Below, one piece after another: positions 33,467-35,896 of a stretch of DNA of 35,896 nucleotides. Each line of letters opens with the position of its first letter. Position 1 is the first letter of the stretch. Origin of the DNA: a virus (taxonomy: Duplodnaviria > Caudoviricetes). The notes under the pieces were generated by a model. The model did not search any database. It was not told the DNA's origin and saw only the letters and a list, made by a program, of their open reading frames with translations. The translations under genes and the position numbers were made by a program. Location: IMG/VR virus record IMGVR_UViG_3300032216_000254, positions 1 to 35,896 of that record. The stretch is one strand, 5' to 3'.

Positions 33467-35542
33467 ATGGCAAATGTAAAAAAATCTGGCTACATAATGG
33501 ATACAAGTAAGCTAAAGGCTATTCTAGATTCTGAAATCTGGAGTGCATTAGGCTTTATCCAATCTGAAACCACAGCAGAAAGACAACAAGCACTAGAATA
33601 TTACCTACGCAGACCATATGGTAACGAAGTAGAAGGTAAATCTCAAGTAGTAACTGGTGAAGTTGCAGAAGCTGTTGATGGTGCATTGCCACAACTTATT
33701 CGTATCTTTACATCTTCTGAAAATATTGTTCAATTTGAACCTGTTAAAGAAGGTGATGAAGCATTAGCTGACCAAGCAACTACATATGTTAATCATGTAT
33801 TCTATAAAGACAATGATGGCTTTAGTGTATTGCATAATTGGTTTAAAGACGCACTTTTAGAAAAAGTTGGCGTTGTAAAAGTATATTGGGATGATGAAAC
33901 AAACATCACTAAAGAAACTTATAAAGGTTTAACAGATGATGAGCTTGCACTTATCATGCAAGACCCAGAAGTAGAAATTATTAGTGTTGATACTAAAGAT
34001 AACATTGATGAAAATTTAAATCCTAATAGTAATATCCCTACACATGATGTTAAATTAAGAAAAACTATTAGAAATGGTACAGTTCGTGTAGAAAACGTAC
34101 CACCAGAAGAATTTATTATTTCTAAACGTGCTAGAAACATTCAAGAATCTAGTTTCTGTGCACATCGTAAAATGATGACTCGTTCAGAATTAATTGCTAT
34201 GGGTTTTGACCCTAAAGTTGTAGAAGGTTTAGCTACTGGAAATGCTTTAGAGTTCTCTCCAGAACGTATTGCACGTTATACTCGTGGTGAACAACCTACA
34301 GATATGATGTCACAAGACCACTCTATGCAACTTTGTGAAGTATATGAGTGCTATATTAAAGTAGATTACAATAATGATGGTGTTGCTGAACTTCGTAAGA
34401 TTGTTTACGCATCTAGTGAAATTTTATCAGATGAAGACTGTGATTATATTCCATTCCATTCAATCTGCCCATTACCAATACCACATAAATTCTTTGGTAA
34501 CTCATTAGCAGACAGAACTATGGACTTGCAACTTATTAAGTCTACAATTACACGTCAAATGTTAGACAATTTATACCTAACAAACAATTACAGAGTAGGT
34601 GCAGTTGAAGGTCAAGTTAATCTTGATGACTTATTGACATCTACAGCAGGTGGTGTAGTGCGTATTAAGAACCCAACAGCACTTGTACCATTAACTGTTC
34701 AATCTAATGCTGCTCAATCATTCCCAATGCTTGAGTATTTAGATAATGTTCAAGCTAAACGTACAGGTGTATCTGATACACAACAAGGTCTTGACCCAAA
34801 TGCTTTACAAAACACTACAGCAACAGCAGTATCAACAATGTCATCTGCTGCTAATGGTAAATTAGAACTTATTGCTCGTATCTTTGCAGAAACAGGTGTT
34901 AAGTCACTATTCCAATCTATATTTAGATTGCTTTGCAAATACCAAAAACAAGAAAGAACTATCCGTATCACTGGCAAATACATTCCATTTAATCCTCGTG
35001 AATGGTCAGAAGAATATGGTATTTCTATCAATGTAGGTTTGGGTAATGGTTCAAGAACAGACCAACTTGCTACACTACAAATGATTCTTGGCAAACAAGA
35101 GCAAATATTACAAGGTTATGGACCATCTAATCCACTTGTAAATATTAAACAATATCGTGATACACTAGCTCGTATGATTCATATGGCTGGATTTAAGGAT
35201 GCTTCTAGTTTCTTAAATGAAATTTCACCAGAACAAGCTCAACAATTAGCTCAACCACAACCACCACAACCAGATTCTAATGTACAAGCTACACAAATCT
35301 TGGCACAAGTTGAACGTGAGAAGGCTCAATTAAGAGCACAAACTGAACAAGCTAAACTTGATTTAGAACGTCAACAAATGGAATTAGATAATACTCGTAA
35401 ACAACTTGAATTGCAAATGCAAGAAATGAAAATTCAAGCAGATGCACAAGCACAAGCTGAAAAATCTAGAAGTGATTCTATGAAATCAGTAATGGCATCT
35501 CTTAAAGACATTAAAGATTTACAATCACCTTACGGTAGTTAA
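33467..35542 (+). CDS. Portal protein (P22-like, long C-terminal coiled coil)
   Basis: About 690 aa after terL. DALL.KVGVVKV.W, P.PHKFFG.S.AD...DLQ and R...DN.Y..N motifs, Q-rich helical tail. Confidence 0.9.
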   Translation: MANVKKSGYIMDTSKLKAILDSEIWSALGFIQSETTAERQQALEYYLRRPYGNEVEGKSQVVTGEVAEAVDGALPQLIRIFTSSENIVQFEPVKEGDEALADQATTYVNHVFYKDNDGFSVLHNWFKDALLEKVGVVKVYWDDETNITKETYKGLTDDELALIMQDPEVEIISVDTKDNIDENLNPNSNIPTHDVKLRKTIRNGTVRVENVPPEEFIISKRARNIQESSFCAHRKMMTRSELIAMGFDPKVVEGLATGNALEFSPERIARYTRGEQPTDMMSQDHSMQLCEVYECYIKVDYNNDGVAELRKIVYASSEILSDEDCDYIPFHSICPLPIPHKFFGNSLADRTMDLQLIKSTITRQMLDNLYLTNNYRVGAVEGQVNLDDLLTSTAGGVVRIKNPTALVPLTVQSNAAQSFPMLEYLDNVQAKRTGVSDTQQGLDPNALQNTTATAVSTMSSAANGKLELIARIFAETGVKSLFQSIFRLLCKYQKQERTIRITGKYIPFNPREWSEEYGISINVGLGNGSRTDQLATLQMILGKQEQILQGYGPSNPLVNIKQYRDTLARMIHMAGFKDASSFLNEISPEQAQQLAQPQPPQPDSNVQATQILAQVEREKAQLRAQTEQAKLDLERQQMELDNTRKQLELQMQEMKIQADAQAQAEKSRSDSMKSVMASLKDIKDLQSPYGS

Positions 35543-35769
35543 TGAATATACAAAACATTCAGAACATAATTAATGATGACGATTTTAAGTCAGTATTGCA
35601 ATCAATCATTGATGTTCATATGGAAACAATTATAAACTCTAATCATTCTGACGTAGAAATTAGAGAAAATGCCTATCATAAGATAGCAGCAGTAAAAGAA
35701 TTAATCGGCAGTCTTGAAGCTATTGCAGCAGGTAAAGCAATAGCAGAGAACCGATTTAAGATATTGTAG
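35542..35769 (+). CDS. Small protein between portal and scaffold
   Basis: 75 aa, TAATG coupling, RE.AY pattern. Confidence 0.6.
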   Translation: MNIQNIQNIINDDDFKSVLQSIIDVHMETIINSNHSDVEIRENAYHKIAAVKELIGSLEAIAAGKAIAENRFKIL

Positions 35770-35818
35770 ATATTTCTACATTTGGTACGCCTCCCATAGA
35801 GGTAATATAGGAAAATAA

Positions 35819-35896
35819 ATGAGTGAAAACACCATGACTCCAGAAGATTCTGGAAGTGGCACGCTTACTGTAAGTCAAGCAGCCAATGCGTTTGAA
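35819..35896 (+). CDS. Probable scaffolding protein N-terminus (truncated by the window end)
   Basis: MSENTMTPEDSGSGTLTVSQAANAFE, AGGA RBS. Assigned from position between portal and capsid. Confidence 0.5.
   Translation, partial: MSENTMTPEDSGSGTLTVSQAANAFE

Noticed and set aside
29735-35094. Minus-strand ORFs across terS, head accessory genes, terL and portal
   Set aside because: Antisense shadows of conserved genes with no independent support.
1-35896. tRNA genes or alternative genetic code
   Set aside because: No cloverleaf was noticed in the short intergenic gaps. Genes tile densely under the standard code and use all three stop codons.

Overview
This window is most of an AT-rich tailed dsDNA phage genome with podovirus/P22-like virion genes and lambdoid-like early and replication genes. 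It begins inside the major capsid gene and ends in the first codons of a probable scaffold gene, so it looks like a near-complete, circularly permuted genome. Order on the window: capsid C-terminus, adaptor, tail fibres, nozzle and ejection proteins, lysis genes and an RNase H-like nuclease (+, 1-17.1 kb); a leftward early operon with ERF, YqaJ exonuclease, SSB, SleB-like hydrolase, glycosyltransferase and DUF3310 (17.1-22.0 kb); a symmetric pair of divergent sigma70 promoters; a rightward Cro, initiator, helicase, nin-like and Q-like operon (22.1-26.1 kb); a pR'/tR'-like unit; a 3-kb leftward array of very small genes carrying repeated motifs (26.3-29.3 kb); then terS, head accessory genes, terL and portal. 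No integrase, CI-like repressor, DNA/RNA polymerase, tRNA or CRISPR array was recognised. The main find is missed by the ORF track: a 23-codon pqqA gene (PQQ precursor peptide, MWTKPSATEMRFGFEVTMYVMNK, 20131-20202) with its own RBS and downstream hairpin, which points to a methylotrophic Methylophilaceae-type host. Other candidates are a small RNA complementary to the early-gene ribosome-binding sites, nine co-oriented CTTGACAA motifs, apparent GATC avoidance and a secreted two-cysteine mini-peptide. All family assignments come from motif recognition only; no searches were run.
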